Shown here one piece after another: positions 20,301 to 30,413 of a stretch of DNA of 64,000 nt. Numbering within the stretch: the stretch's first letter is position 1; every line of letters begins with the position of its first letter. The position numbers were made by a program, and so were the translations under genes. Below the pieces are notes generated by a model. That model did not search any database. It saw only the letters and a program-made list of their open reading frames with translations, and was not told the DNA's origin. The stretch comes from a virus: positions 54,099 through 118,098 of the IMG/VR virus record IMGVR_UViG_3300042468_000945; one strand, written 5' to 3'.

Positions 20301-22033
20301 GTAAGCTTATTTAGCTTTCCTCTTTTTTGAAGTTCTTTTACCTCATCTAATTGTGTATAATCATAAAACTTTCTAGTTCTATTTTCTTCGTCATATCCCA
20401 TAATAACGCTTTTTTCTGTAAGATATGATTCGGGGCTCATTTCTGGGTGCATATTTAAAGAGAATTCTACTACTGGATTATCAACATATTGTCCAGCTTG
20501 AGTAAGAGTTTCTTTGTTGTTTTTTCTTAGTATGTTGTGTTTAAGTTTTAAAGTTGATACCTCATCTAAAGTTAATTTAGCTTCAATTTCTTTGTGTTCT
20601 TTAAGTAAATCCTCTAACTCAACTTCAGTTGAATCAGATAGTTTTCTTAGTGTTAATGCTGATATGTTTATAGAACTACTATTAGGTAGTTGAGAATTTA
20701 AAATTTTTCCTAAAGCCTTGTCTTGTAAAGTTATTGTACTTTTGTTATATTTTAAAGTCTTGCCTTCTAAGATATCTGTAAACAATGTCTTCTTATCAAT
20801 GGAGAACATTCTTTGCTCTCCATTAGGAAACACTTCAGCTGGGTTTGCAAGTACATAGTTTGCTTTAAGTTGATCTAAGGAATATCTTTTAGTGCTCTTA
20901 TTTCTGTGTCTTGCTTGTGCCGCAGTTCTTCTGTTACGAAGTTTTTTAAATCTTAGTTTATCAACGTTCTTAGCTCTGTAATCTAAATAAGCACTTTCAA
21001 ACAACTCATTTGCGCCTGATGATGTCATTCTACCCTTTTCTGCATCTTTAAGTGCATCATCAAAATTATATTTACCTGTTGAGCTTGCTCTGTCTAACAT
21101 TGAACCTAATAATGGTTTGTACCCATTCTTAGAATTATTAAATAACCCAGCTGTTACTTTTTGACCAGGAATCCCACCCCACGCTATTGTAGCTAAATAT
21201 TGAGCCCTTTTTGATATAGCAGTACCCTTGCCAGGTTCCTGTCCAATCTTTTTTAAAAATTCTGGAATATATTTGTCGTTATCACCTAACCATTTGAACC
21301 TTATTTCATTTAGAAAATCATTATCTCTTGACATTGCAAATTTAGGTGTTTCTAGTCCCTTCTTTCTACCAAAAGAGGATGGACCCCTATTTTTTACCCT
21401 GCTTTTAAATTCATCTTGACTAAGTATACCTTCAAATTTTGGAGGAATAAACTTCTTTGGCCTAAGATAATTCATTTTAGAAGATGATTTCATCTTCTCA
21501 GTTAAATCTCTTGCAACATCTTCCAAGTACTCCTCAGAATAAAATTCTTGATTTTCGCCTAAAGAACTGCGAATAATTTCAAGAACTTCTTGTTCTGACA
21601 TATTGTGCTTAGAACTCTCTACAAGATTAGTAGCTATGCCTAAGAGCTTTTCTTGTAGGGTCTTATCATCAGTATCGTTGATGATAGAAAGCATAGCCCG
21701 AAAGACTGCTCCTTCTTCTGTTTCAATTTTAGATAAAATCTCTTGGTTGCCTTTTAAGACTCTTGAATGTAGATCAGCCCTATCTTTTAACACCTCCTCT
21801 GGTGTAAGCTCCTCTATGTTCTTTCTAACGGCTTGCATACCAATATCTTCAAGGTCTTTGCCTTTGTATTGGTCTAGGTAACCATCACTAGCTCTTAAAA
21901 GGTAATATAACAATCCTCCACCAGCTGATAAGGTAACAATATTTTGTACCACATAATCAGTTTTTGTCTTTTTATCCCTAACCGTATCACCTGGACTAGT
22001 TGGGGAATTCTGGAGTTTGTCTGTTCTACTCAC
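17315..22033 (-). CDS. Large hypothetical protein, probably virion-associated
   Basis: 1572-aa ORF with GTG start; hydrophobic segments near both ends; possible DEDD-like remnant (FDIET). Confidence 0.5.
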   Translation of the reverse strand: MSRTDKLQNSPTSPGDTVRDKKTKTDYVVQNIVTLSAGGGLLYYLLRASDGYLDQYKGKDLEDIGMQAVRKNIEELTPEEVLKDRADLHSRVLKGNQEILSKIETEEGAVFRAMLSIINDTDDKTLQEKLLGIATNLVESSKHNMSEQEVLEIIRSSLGENQEFYSEEYLEDVARDLTEKMKSSSKMNYLRPKKFIPPKFEGILSQDEFKSRVKNRGPSSFGRKKGLETPKFAMSRDNDFLNEIRFKWLGDNDKYIPEFLKKIGQEPGKGTAISKRAQYLATIAWGGIPGQKVTAGLFNNSKNGYKPLLGSMLDRASSTGKYNFDDALKDAEKGRMTSSGANELFESAYLDYRAKNVDKLRFKKLRNRRTAAQARHRNKSTKRYSLDQLKANYVLANPAEVFPNGEQRMFSIDKKTLFTDILEGKTLKYNKSTITLQDKALGKILNSQLPNSSSINISALTLRKLSDSTEVELEDLLKEHKEIEAKLTLDEVSTLKLKHNILRKNNKETLTQAGQYVDNPVVEFSLNMHPEMSPESYLTEKSVIMGYDEENRTRKFYDYTQLDEVKELQKRGKLNKLTFGELPEGASISDFDIETIKFKPLQLQAKQATPQYIDAKPVETNADYMRVRNQSRLGFAMLEESTGNKPIRLLGTDSLGPVQEHLRRGLEASQMLGEGSLIFDVSMKQVAHDPKNGKAGTRTVIERMGLGYKDIDGVKSIVDFNGGDELNALLRVAESFEKAQFVGTQWSYHFEEILDRIRVIAKRPNLAKEIVEFQGESISGDLAIQKIERIFEATRAKKNYDLLVLTQASGKFDIGNASVREASRRLLNEKEIRGGMDAVDQKFRIRDELGLENISFKGMADTNNSTIYYNPSDGGTSLRGAYKLKAFETDEVGGKGMVAVMENLIIQPDGTFVETGEYSNLTGTGANSLGLRFRKFKSYTVEDDRLSAEAVKDINVSTKTVAHSDAHRIINDLNFFNKTKYQKSNVTSQMTDQLFGFHEFVVSQEVNKLLTPEVLDDFDARIGKGLSLTKAIDTLVDRAYIPGNPDNAASFTSSLRLRLREALTDQSYREMYTQELTPAMESDFGQTIGRLIRDGMDGDTDKLRQAMLMVKDVMSLERPGEILSQPYLNIHSRDTSGGFSGPKLSITDNTTPEDFEAYVRRSAVHDTFMDSGRTGNKNEITKLFNDVGARNNLQARDMALDTPIDEITTPSVVNKLKSSSYKKRVQGVIATRINELHTLADEHELDTVKQIQKNLTEALEKSFMGAERADLALKDFITGAYAVDKNMTVRMFQRKYNEGLGDLIPKISQQAVADMEREAGETISGLGERTPLLDNVFSEAEQLMHQLHKEGANKHTQQRIATEYIKQQAETIRSSEPGNLMRNLNEVAARFTVRQSAAEKTTVTMNEAAQKVATTAATANEHSDTVFREAIKAQHEGILGTDMFDVGKNKKIVGALLLVGGLTTLLMANKNPEEKYSGGNASKNSPGVIGAQSEIPGDPTPARVFTGGTQPFQLNLDMKTFVNNKYQQRALEEKVSHIVNKYSNGNMTKDENTTQGLPVRLAAYEQMMADIR

Positions 22034-22042
22034 TAGTAAACA

Positions 22043-22072
22043 AAATAGAGCACCATTGCTGGCACTCTATTT
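22043..22072. terminator. Intergenic stem-loop with T-rich tail (possible intrinsic terminator)
   Basis: aaatagag-cacc-attgct-ggca-ctctattt; inverted repeat with A/T tracts on both sides. Confidence 0.55.
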
Positions 22073-22093
22073 TTAGATTTGACTACAATAATT

Positions 22094-22339
22094 TTAGTTA
22101 AGTATTTTGAATGATTTTAGAATTGCATCGCTATTTCTTGCATAGCTCTTGATCTTTTTCGCTGTTGACTCTACCATCTTGTTTGTGTAAATAATGTACA
22201 TCATCTTAGAGAACTTAAGTTCATCTAATTGTGCTTTAAATTGTTTGTCATCTAAGTTTCCTTTTTCTTTGTTTTGAAGCAATGCTTCATACTCAGTATC
22301 AAACTTAGGCATCTTGTAATAAGCTTTTCCGTATTTCAT
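22094..22339 (-). CDS. Hypothetical protein
   Basis: 81-aa ORF preceded by TAGGAT ATG. Confidence 0.6.
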   Translation of the reverse strand: MKYGKAYYKMPKFDTEYEALLQNKEKGNLDDKQFKAQLDELKFSKMMYIIYTNKMVESTAKKIKSYARNSDAILKSFKILN

Positions 22340-22345
22340 ATCCTA

Positions 22346-23500
22346 TCAATTACCAGTGTAAATCAATTGTGTCTTTTCAAAGTCATATCCTGTCTTTTCT
22401 TTATTAAGAAATAGCTTAACATAACCTAGAACTGGAGGCGAATATTTTCCGTGACCATCAATTTGATAAGCTTGAGGCATACACATACAACCAGTAGTAA
22501 ACAAATATCTTCCTGTAGGGAGAATTTCCATATTTAATCTGTGAGTGTGTGCTTGGAAAACTGCTTTTGGTTGTTTGATTTTTAAAACGTGTATCCATTG
22601 GCTAATCCAGACATCTAATCTCTTAACAGCTTCACTACCACAGAAACCTTCAAAGTGTCCATAAAGACAATCTGCATCAAGACCCATATAGTTAATATCA
22701 ACATCCTCAGAGAAGTTAAGAGTAGACTTTGTATTTGGAACCTTAAAGTTCATTAACTTAACATTATTCAAACCTACAGACAACCACACGAGAGGGTGAA
22801 TAACTAAAGGCATAAGACCTGATACCTGTTCTTGGAATCTCTTAGTTGGACGATTATCATGGTTACCAGCCAAGATTTGAACTTCTTCATACTTAGATGC
22901 AAGCTTTTCTAAGATTGACCTAGTAATGGCAAGCTCTTCTTGAAGAGTTACAGCGTCACCTCTCTTTCTGTGAGAAGTTGCTGAGAGACAATCCATCAAG
23001 TCACCTACAATAATAAGCTTCTTAGATTTTGAAGTCATCAACTTCTTAAGACTGTTTTCATCGTGGAAAGGGATGTGTAGGTCACTAACAACATCTACCG
23101 TGTCTTCCAACCCTGTTCTACTTAGAGGAGCCTCTATGTCCTTCACAGGCCCAATAAGCTTCTCTAATCCTTCCCTAGCATCGTCTAGGAATGAACTTGT
23201 TTTAACAAACTGTCTTCTTGTGTTAGTAATGTGTGCTGGTTCAGTTGCAACAACAGCTTTCTTATTTTGTAATGTTGTGTTGTTATAAGTAAAGCTCTTC
23301 CAATTATTCCACAATCGCATCAACGCCCTAGAAGCGGTGAGCTTGTTATTATCAAAATCAGCTTGAAGAATTAACGACAAGTCATAAAAAGATTGACCCT
23401 CAATTCTTCTAAAATAATAGTCAGTAGCTATCTCAGCTCGGATGCCTTCTAATTGTGCCAACTCTAAGAACTTGGTTGGGATGTTATTTCTATTCTGCAT
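22346..23500 (-). CDS. Calcineurin-like metallophosphoesterase
   Basis: VVSDLHIPFH, VGDLMD, AGNHD, YGH and HTHR metal-binding motifs. Confidence 0.88.
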   Translation of the reverse strand: MQNRNNIPTKFLELAQLEGIRAEIATDYYFRRIEGQSFYDLSLILQADFDNNKLTASRALMRLWNNWKSFTYNNTTLQNKKAVVATEPAHITNTRRQFVKTSSFLDDAREGLEKLIGPVKDIEAPLSRTGLEDTVDVVSDLHIPFHDENSLKKLMTSKSKKLIIVGDLMDCLSATSHRKRGDAVTLQEELAITRSILEKLASKYEEVQILAGNHDNRPTKRFQEQVSGLMPLVIHPLVWLSVGLNNVKLMNFKVPNTKSTLNFSEDVDINYMGLDADCLYGHFEGFCGSEAVKRLDVWISQWIHVLKIKQPKAVFQAHTHRLNMEILPTGRYLFTTGCMCMPQAYQIDGHGKYSPPVLGYVKLFLNKEKTGYDFEKTQLIYTGN

Positions 23501-23509
23501 GTTTAACCT

Positions 23510-26500
23510 TTATTGTTGTAGTCGAGACCTAGTACGCTCTTTTTCTGCTTCTATCTCTGAAGATATATCAGAAAAAACGTTTAGGTTAATATTTATTACG
23601 TTTTTTTCGGTGGGAAATTGACTATAATTTACAATTATTTTACCAAATTCGCCAGATGAGGCTAATTTTCCGATTTCTCTCTCTATATTATTCCTTGATC
23701 TTCGGTTCATTCTTGGTACTTCTATATCTCTAGTGTACGCCTTTGCCTTTTCAAGCTTCTTTCTGCTCGGCCTTGCAATCTTAATTCCTTCCAATTCGCT
23801 TGCCCTTGTCTTAATATCCTCAAGGTCAACGTCTCTCTTCCAGCCTTGCCAATCTGCCCCAGGCAAAGCATGGTCTCTAAAGTATTCTTTTAGTGTTGGC
23901 TTATCAGGAACATCATCAACATCTTTACCTAAGAACTTACCTAGAACCCTTTTTTGCGCTCTTGGAAGCAACCTATAAAATTCTTCTTTCTCCCTATCAG
24001 TTCCAGTAGTGACAATTGATTCAGCTATCTGTCTCTGTCTTTTAGGAATGGCATCTAAAGCTTCTTGTAAGGTACCTGACACAACATCAAACCCATACAT
24101 AGTTCTCCGAGCTTTAAACTCAGCATCAGTAGCCAAAGAATTAAACTGAGACTCTTGCATGGTAGCAGATAGTTCGTCTACACCCTCTTTCTTCCTTGCC
24201 GCATTAGATATGGATGCTTCTTTTATAAAGGTCAGAGTATCATAATACTCATCAAACTCAGCACGATCTTTATATCGTTTAGGTGTCCAAGTATCTCCAC
24301 TTACAGCCTCACCTATGTTCCTAATAATGGAAAGACTAGCCCCAACAACAGCAGCAACCTTTGCTACTTTCAACCTAGATTGTCTTGTTCGTGCAAAAAT
24401 AGACGCAGCAAGTGCTGACTGAATACCTGCTGTAATAGGGTCTTTACTTATGATTGAGTTAATTGTTGGTGTGACATAGTTATCTTTAATGTCTCTCAAA
24501 GAGTAGTCATCAGTACCATAAACTTCTCCTCTCTTAAACTGTTCAAGTCCTGTCCTCACGCGCAGATATTTATTTGACACCATATTATCGCTGTGTGTTA
24601 TGTATTCTGTAATGGATGACATAAAACCAGTTCTACCTATGACCCGATTTGCTAGTGGGTTTCTAGATTTGTAATCACTATCAGCATAATCGGACTTAAT
24701 TAATTCTCTATTAACATCCTCAATGATTGCGTCTAATACAGTATGCTTCATTAATTCAGGATTGAATTGACCTTGAATTAATGTGAGGTTTGCCTTTTTA
24801 CCAACACTCAGACCATACTTCTTATAAACATCTTCAGGATTTTGGTAAGTAAACGCTTGAGGGTCAAAATCAACTCCAGCCAGTTTGACAATACCTCGGT
24901 CTGTAATAATATTACCAGTATCTGTAAACCCTTCAATAGTTACTGCTTGAGTCTCTAATCTAACATTTCTCTTAGGGTACAAGTTATACATTTCTGATTT
25001 TCTTCTTGCAATTTCTTTTGCAATTTCAAATCTTCTTGCTTCCATACCACCAAACGCACCAGAATCTTCTGCTCTTTGTAAATATCTTCGATACTCACTT
25101 GATTCTGGAGCCACTTTTGCTAAGACTTCAATTCTTTCAAGCAACCCATAAGTTTCATAGGGACTTACAACACCCTCTTCAATAAGATTTTTAACTCTGT
25201 TTCTTGCTCTTTCAACCTTCTCAAAAATCTCTTGCATACGATGTGGGTCGTATTCATAGCTTTTAATTCTGACTTCAGATGGGTTATCCCTATTAACGTG
25301 AGCAATATGTCCTACCTTTGTTTTTGTAAGGTACATGTAGTACATAAGTTGGTCTTCATATTTTGAGACATCCTCATTAATATTTTCAGTACCCCTAGTC
25401 TTAATTTCAACTACTTCTAACCCACTTTTACCTCTAACCAATGTTTCAATTGTTGCACTACCATTCACAGACTCATCATATGCGGCAATTTCTGCACCAA
25501 CAAGAATACCTTGTTGATTCATTTGTTGCATGATAATTTTATGGGCGGCACTTCCGAACTCCATAATATTCTGGAGTTGTTCTGCTTGTTCTACACCAAC
25601 AGGGTCAAGGAAAGACTTAACCATCTCATCCTCAGACAAACCAATAGAAGAACCTCTTATTTTTAATGGTCGTACAAATGGGTTTGCTCTTTCATAAGCA
25701 TCACCAGGCATTACAAGTTCTCCGTCTGAGACTCTGGCATATGGGTCCCCAGTCCGGAACTTGGAAGGCATCCATCCTGGCATTGAGTTAGGTAAGGGGT
25801 TAAATGCGTCTGGGTCTTGTCTTGGCTCGTCAATAAATCGTCTAAAGAATTCACCAAACATCCCAGTCCCTTTTTCACCAAACTTAGCTGAGTAAAGAAG
25901 TCTATTAGTAGAAAAAGCTTTATCAGGGTCTTGAATCTGGAAGGCATGCTCTTCTGGATAGAAAGGAAGTTGTCTTGCCACCCCACTATAAATACCCATA
26001 GGTGTAATAGTGTGGTGAACCATCTTTTCATACACTTCACTTAAAGCATTGTGGTGGTAATTTTCCTCTTCATAGTGTTTATTGTAACCATACTTGTAGA
26101 CCCTATTATCACCATAAGACCCACCTTCTCCACCGCCGCCCCCGCCTGAACCGTGTCCACCACCTGAACCACCTCCGCCAGAGCCTTTACCTATTCCGAA
26201 ACCTCTAAAAATTCCACCTTCATCAGTAGAACCACCCACTCCTGCATTATCTAAAAAGTCTTCCACAGGTTCCTGACCTTTATAACTAGATAAAACTGCT
26301 TGTAGATAGTTACCCGAATTTTTTGATGCGTAACCTTCTTGACTCTTTTCTAAGTAGTCAAACATTTCTTCTTTGGAAGCGTATGGTCTGTCTTTAGCTG
26401 TTAAGTCTTGTTGCCAGTCTCTGTTAAACAACCTGAAAAGAGGTGCAAAAGGATTAGTAAGAGTTGGTAGGTAACTATAGTTCGGATTTGATAGTTGAAC

Positions 26501-29500
26501 GTTATCTGCTTCAGTCCAGTGAGATTTCCATCTTCGATAAGCATTTGGTCTTGCAGATTCAACAGCACCACCGTATAATGGGTTTCTGTTACCAACACTA
26601 AATAACCTACCTGTTCTTACAAACTCGTTACCATAAAGAATATCTTCTCTTGTCTCTTCTTCAGATAATGGATTTAGATAATTATCTAATCCAGGAACAC
26701 CATATACTAAATTTTTAAGTGGATCTGTTAGACCAAAATTATCTCTAAGTCTTGCACTATTTATTCTTGTATTCGCATATATGTTTGCACTGTAATCATC
26801 AATACCTTCAAGATCTTTTTCGTGCATATCTGCATTAAAGTTTCTATAAAGCTCACCTGCAACTATAACAGGTAAAATCCTTTTTGCGTATAAAGCAGCG
26901 TGTGTTTTTGCAAAGGTAGTCGTGTCTCTTGAGGCAAGTCCTAAACCAGCATCTTCTAAAACCTTAACCGCACCATGAGATAAAGCAGTAAAAGCTGTAC
27001 CAAAATAGCCCTGAGCTTCACTATTATATACCAAGCCTTTTCCAGCACTCAACATACCAAAACCTCTTTTAGCTTGTTCTGCCATCATCTGAAGCATGCT
27101 TTCTTTACTTCCAGTTAACATGGAACCAAGAGAAGGAAAATTAGATGGTAATACAGTATACCTGGAGAATACCTCTTCAGGGACTGTTGGTGGTTCTACT
27201 CCACGTTGAAAAATATTTTTATCGTAATAATCAAAAACCCCTAGGTTATTTGCTAGTTGTTGAGTTGCATTAACAGCCCTATCCTCAGTTTGGGTATAAG
27301 CTGAGAGTAGTAGTGAATCACTCCTATGTTTTTCTAAGCTAATTAACCTAGCTATGGGGTCTTCAATTAAACTATCTATACCTTGTTTTGATGCTAAACC
27401 ACTTGCAATTGACCTTCCAACAGATGGAATATATTCCTCTGCCGCAGTATTAGAAAAAGCTGTGTCAGCAAGATTAGCAAGATTTTGTACTCCAGCACCC
27501 AAATAACTTTCAAAAAACTTAACAGACTCTGGATTTGCTGAGAGGGGGTCTCTAATGTCTCTTAAAAGTCCTTCTAATGTAGTAAAACCAGTCTTGGAAC
27601 CTGCAAGTGCATCTTCAATTTCTTTTACACCTATGTTAACGCTTGCTTCTTCAACTAGTCCTCTTTGTATGTTCTTTTGTAGATATGATAAACTATTTTC
27701 ACCTAATAAAGTATCCTCAACCTTTTCTTTGAAACCACCTTTTGTGGCTTTTGAAACGTCTCCAAGTCTCTCACTATCAGAAACATAGTCTGCCAGAGCT
27801 TTAGATAGTGTGGCACCATACTGGGAGTTAGTCCTTGATTCTAAATCTGACCCCCTTAAAAAAGCACCAAGCTTATCAGTATCACCTGCAACTTCAGCTA
27901 ATTGAACTAAGAAGTCGTCACCATCAAATACTTTTGCTTTGCTTATTGCAGCAATTGCAGTATTAAGATCATTGTAAGAATCTGGCGTAACAGTAGCACC
28001 TAATCTTCTTTGCAAGTCTTGAGCAATAGCCGTAGGGATTTTACCCTCATTTTCTTTTAAGAAACCTGCAACAAGTTTTGGGTGAAGTTGATCAGAAGTG
28101 ACATTACTAGGATCACCACCAAAAAACCTAGTTATTATGTCTGACCCTACACCACCTAAGTTTCTAGGTTTGGCTTTTAGTTTTCCATCTTCTACAAGTA
28201 AAGTAAAGAGTTCAGGTTGAGCATTATAAGCTGCTCTCTCTACTTTAGTCATATTCTTAGACTCTCTTTGGAAGAAGAAATTAGCTGCACCTTTTATGTT
28301 GCCTTTTTCATCCATGTCTGAAAGAAGGTCTTTAAATAAATTATCATCAACAATGTCTGATCTTGCCCTAGACATGTTTTGCAGAATCTCGCTTCTTTCA
28401 TTGTCTAAGTAAGTGAATCTTCTTGCATCGCCTAGATTAAGTTTTTCTAAAACAAATGAATCAGTTTCTTTTAAGTGGTTAACTTTAATAATATCGCTAC
28501 CAATGCCAATACCAAAATCATTTTCACCAAAAGAACCACCCATTCTTTTTAGTTCACCAAGTTTGTTTAAGAATCCAAGATTCTTAATAGGTGTATTATC
28601 TGGCTCTAAAAACTTACCAATGGTTGTAGGAATATTAAAAGTAAAAGGCAGTAATGGAATTTGTCCACCTTTTCTAACAGAACTTGCAACCTTTCTTCTC
28701 ATATTTCTTGCATGAGATAGTGAGACTACTTGACCATCTCCACTCATTGCAAGACCAGTAAAAGTATTATCTACTAATGTGTTTACATCATTTATAATAT
28801 TAGCTGGGACGTTAGGTATTAACGTATCATCTTTACCTTTAGAGTATAAAAGCTCCTCTAAACCTTTTCTTGCTCTGGCTGATACAATATCAACGGTATC
28901 GTCGCTACCTACATTTTTAAGGTACGTTTCAACTGCTGCTTTGTGAGTACCTTCTACATCTTTTAAGGTTAGAAGTTTGTGTGATTTCGTTAAACCTAAA
29001 AGGTCTAGGGTTTTAGTCTCAACAGATTGAGTTTCGTTTAGGTGTCGTTTAATTGAATCAAATAACACATCAGCATTTTTTGCTCCATTAACTCCCTGAA
29101 ATATTGTACTGGTTCTAATGTCTGGAGTCTCTTTGATAGCCTTCTTCATAGACTCTTGAACCATTTTTCTTTGTTTTTCTAGTATTTCTTCCTGTCCAGT
29201 AACGCCCCTAACTGTCTTAAATTGAATTCCAGGAGTGGCTTCTTGGAATCTTTTCATGTGGGTATCTTGTAAAAGACCGTCAGCAATCTTAGAATAATTA
29301 CCATCCATAAAGGAATCAAAAACTTCAGCTACTGCATGTTTCTGAGTATCAAAAGCTTCACGACTTGAATCCTCTACGTTTTCCCTCATAGCATTAAGGA
29401 AGGTAGTTCTCCTCTCAGCTTTTAAAGCACTACTTAAAAAAGACCTTCTAATTCTTGGTACACTATCAGCCATGAAGTTAAAAGAGTCTGAGAAGAGTAT

Positions 29501-29698
29501 TTTACTGTCTTGAACACCAGCTATTGCCCCAATATATTTTCTTAGAGTGGTTCCTTGACCAGCTAATTGAGACGCAACACTTTTACTAATATAAGGAACA
29601 GAACCAAGAGCGACAGCAGCCACACCTGCAAACTTTGCAAATGCTGAAACTTTATCAATAAAAGTTTCTTTCTCTTTGTGAAAATCTGATCCTATCAT
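23510..29698 (-). CDS. Giant virion protein (tape-measure position) with PD-(D/E)XK nuclease-like domain
   Basis: 2062-aa ORF immediately downstream of chaperone-like genes; Gly-rich linker at about 26120-26190; GSAAH..E..EIKT..YEDQLMYY motif set. Confidence 0.6.
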   Translation of the reverse strand: MIGSDFHKEKETFIDKVSAFAKFAGVAAVALGSVPYISKSVASQLAGQGTTLRKYIGAIAGVQDSKILFSDSFNFMADSVPRIRRSFLSSALKAERRTTFLNAMRENVEDSSREAFDTQKHAVAEVFDSFMDGNYSKIADGLLQDTHMKRFQEATPGIQFKTVRGVTGQEEILEKQRKMVQESMKKAIKETPDIRTSTIFQGVNGAKNADVLFDSIKRHLNETQSVETKTLDLLGLTKSHKLLTLKDVEGTHKAAVETYLKNVGSDDTVDIVSARARKGLEELLYSKGKDDTLIPNVPANIINDVNTLVDNTFTGLAMSGDGQVVSLSHARNMRRKVASSVRKGGQIPLLPFTFNIPTTIGKFLEPDNTPIKNLGFLNKLGELKRMGGSFGENDFGIGIGSDIIKVNHLKETDSFVLEKLNLGDARRFTYLDNERSEILQNMSRARSDIVDDNLFKDLLSDMDEKGNIKGAANFFFQRESKNMTKVERAAYNAQPELFTLLVEDGKLKAKPRNLGGVGSDIITRFFGGDPSNVTSDQLHPKLVAGFLKENEGKIPTAIAQDLQRRLGATVTPDSYNDLNTAIAAISKAKVFDGDDFLVQLAEVAGDTDKLGAFLRGSDLESRTNSQYGATLSKALADYVSDSERLGDVSKATKGGFKEKVEDTLLGENSLSYLQKNIQRGLVEEASVNIGVKEIEDALAGSKTGFTTLEGLLRDIRDPLSANPESVKFFESYLGAGVQNLANLADTAFSNTAAEEYIPSVGRSIASGLASKQGIDSLIEDPIARLISLEKHRSDSLLLSAYTQTEDRAVNATQQLANNLGVFDYYDKNIFQRGVEPPTVPEEVFSRYTVLPSNFPSLGSMLTGSKESMLQMMAEQAKRGFGMLSAGKGLVYNSEAQGYFGTAFTALSHGAVKVLEDAGLGLASRDTTTFAKTHAALYAKRILPVIVAGELYRNFNADMHEKDLEGIDDYSANIYANTRINSARLRDNFGLTDPLKNLVYGVPGLDNYLNPLSEEETREDILYGNEFVRTGRLFSVGNRNPLYGGAVESARPNAYRRWKSHWTEADNVQLSNPNYSYLPTLTNPFAPLFRLFNRDWQQDLTAKDRPYASKEEMFDYLEKSQEGYASKNSGNYLQAVLSSYKGQEPVEDFLDNAGVGGSTDEGGIFRGFGIGKGSGGGGSGGGHGSGGGGGGEGGSYGDNRVYKYGYNKHYEEENYHHNALSEVYEKMVHHTITPMGIYSGVARQLPFYPEEHAFQIQDPDKAFSTNRLLYSAKFGEKGTGMFGEFFRRFIDEPRQDPDAFNPLPNSMPGWMPSKFRTGDPYARVSDGELVMPGDAYERANPFVRPLKIRGSSIGLSEDEMVKSFLDPVGVEQAEQLQNIMEFGSAAHKIIMQQMNQQGILVGAEIAAYDESVNGSATIETLVRGKSGLEVVEIKTRGTENINEDVSKYEDQLMYYMYLTKTKVGHIAHVNRDNPSEVRIKSYEYDPHRMQEIFEKVERARNRVKNLIEEGVVSPYETYGLLERIEVLAKVAPESSEYRRYLQRAEDSGAFGGMEARRFEIAKEIARRKSEMYNLYPKRNVRLETQAVTIEGFTDTGNIITDRGIVKLAGVDFDPQAFTYQNPEDVYKKYGLSVGKKANLTLIQGQFNPELMKHTVLDAIIEDVNRELIKSDYADSDYKSRNPLANRVIGRTGFMSSITEYITHSDNMVSNKYLRVRTGLEQFKRGEVYGTDDYSLRDIKDNYVTPTINSIISKDPITAGIQSALAASIFARTRQSRLKVAKVAAVVGASLSIIRNIGEAVSGDTWTPKRYKDRAEFDEYYDTLTFIKEASISNAARKKEGVDELSATMQESQFNSLATDAEFKARRTMYGFDVVSGTLQEALDAIPKRQRQIAESIVTTGTDREKEEFYRLLPRAQKRVLGKFLGKDVDDVPDKPTLKEYFRDHALPGADWQGWKRDVDLEDIKTRASELEGIKIARPSRKKLEKAKAYTRDIEVPRMNRRSRNNIEREIGKLASSGEFGKIIVNYSQFPTEKNVININLNVFSDISSEIEAEKERTRSRLQQ

Positions 29699-30210
29699 TA
29701 TTTCTTATACTGGAAACTCCCACCATGCTTCATAAATGCTTCTGGGTGGGCTTCATTTTTTATTTTATTTTCTGTGTTTTGAACAGCCGCACTTAATTCA
29801 GTATTCTCTTCTACCCTAATAAAACTTTCTTCCACAGTCTTACCAGTCATGTTTTCAAACACAATCTTACCTAATAGAAGGCACTTCATTCTATCAGTTG
29901 GGTCACAATTTCTTAAATATGTTGGTGTTATACCTGACAAAACTGAAATTGCAGCTGCTTCGTATAATCCGTCTTCATGTGTTAACCAGTTAGATGTCTC
30001 TGTTATTATGTATCTTTCTGGGTCGCTACCTGATCTTAAATGAATTAATTCTAGTAATCTAAGACACGTACCTTGTAATTCATTTGAACTGTAATCTGCA
30101 ACACAACTTGAAAGAATATATTCTTCTGCTTCGTATTGTGTTGCTTTACTGGCTACAGCTAATTGCTCCCCCTGTGTTAATCCCCTAAAAACGTATTTTT
30201 TAGGTTGCAT
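29698..30210 (-). CDS. Tail assembly chaperone-like protein
   Basis: ORF track start (30384) lies inside a terminator hairpin; the ATG at 30210 has AAGGA 6 nt upstream. YVFRGLT..E pattern resembles both halves of the upstream gene. Function inferred from position. Confidence 0.5.
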   Translation of the reverse strand: MQPKKYVFRGLTQGEQLAVASKATQYEAEEYILSSCVADYSSNELQGTCLRLLELIHLRSGSDPERYIITETSNWLTHEDGLYEAAAISVLSGITPTYLRNCDPTDRMKCLLLGKIVFENMTGKTVEESFIRVEENTELSAAVQNTENKIKNEAHPEAFMKHGGSFQYKK

Positions 30211-30360
30211 GTCTGGTCCTTTCAAGGTAACATCAAACCACCTAAAATTCCTATCTAGTTCGGATGTTTGCTTATTTAAACATAATTGTAGTAATGTCTT
30301 AATACTTTCTAACAGTTTCAATAGTGCTTTCAATTTAATATCCAAATATGGTTTTATAAT

Positions 30361-30387
30361 AAAAAGGGTTGCAGTAATTTGCAACCC
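30361..30387 (-). terminator. Rho-independent terminator
   Basis: Minus strand GGGTTGCA-AATTAC-TGCAACCC-TTTTT. Confidence 0.8.
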
Positions 30388-30413
30388 ACATTACTTACTG
30401 TAAGTTGTAAGAA

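Noticed and set aside
27910-27940. VFDGDD in the 2062-aa protein as a second RNAP catalytic motif
   Set aside because: It lacks the first Asp of DxDGD and the surrounding barrel context.
23510-29698. Confident call as canonical tape measure protein
   Set aside because: The position fits, but I could not see the usual periodic Trp/Phe repeats; left as a giant virion protein.
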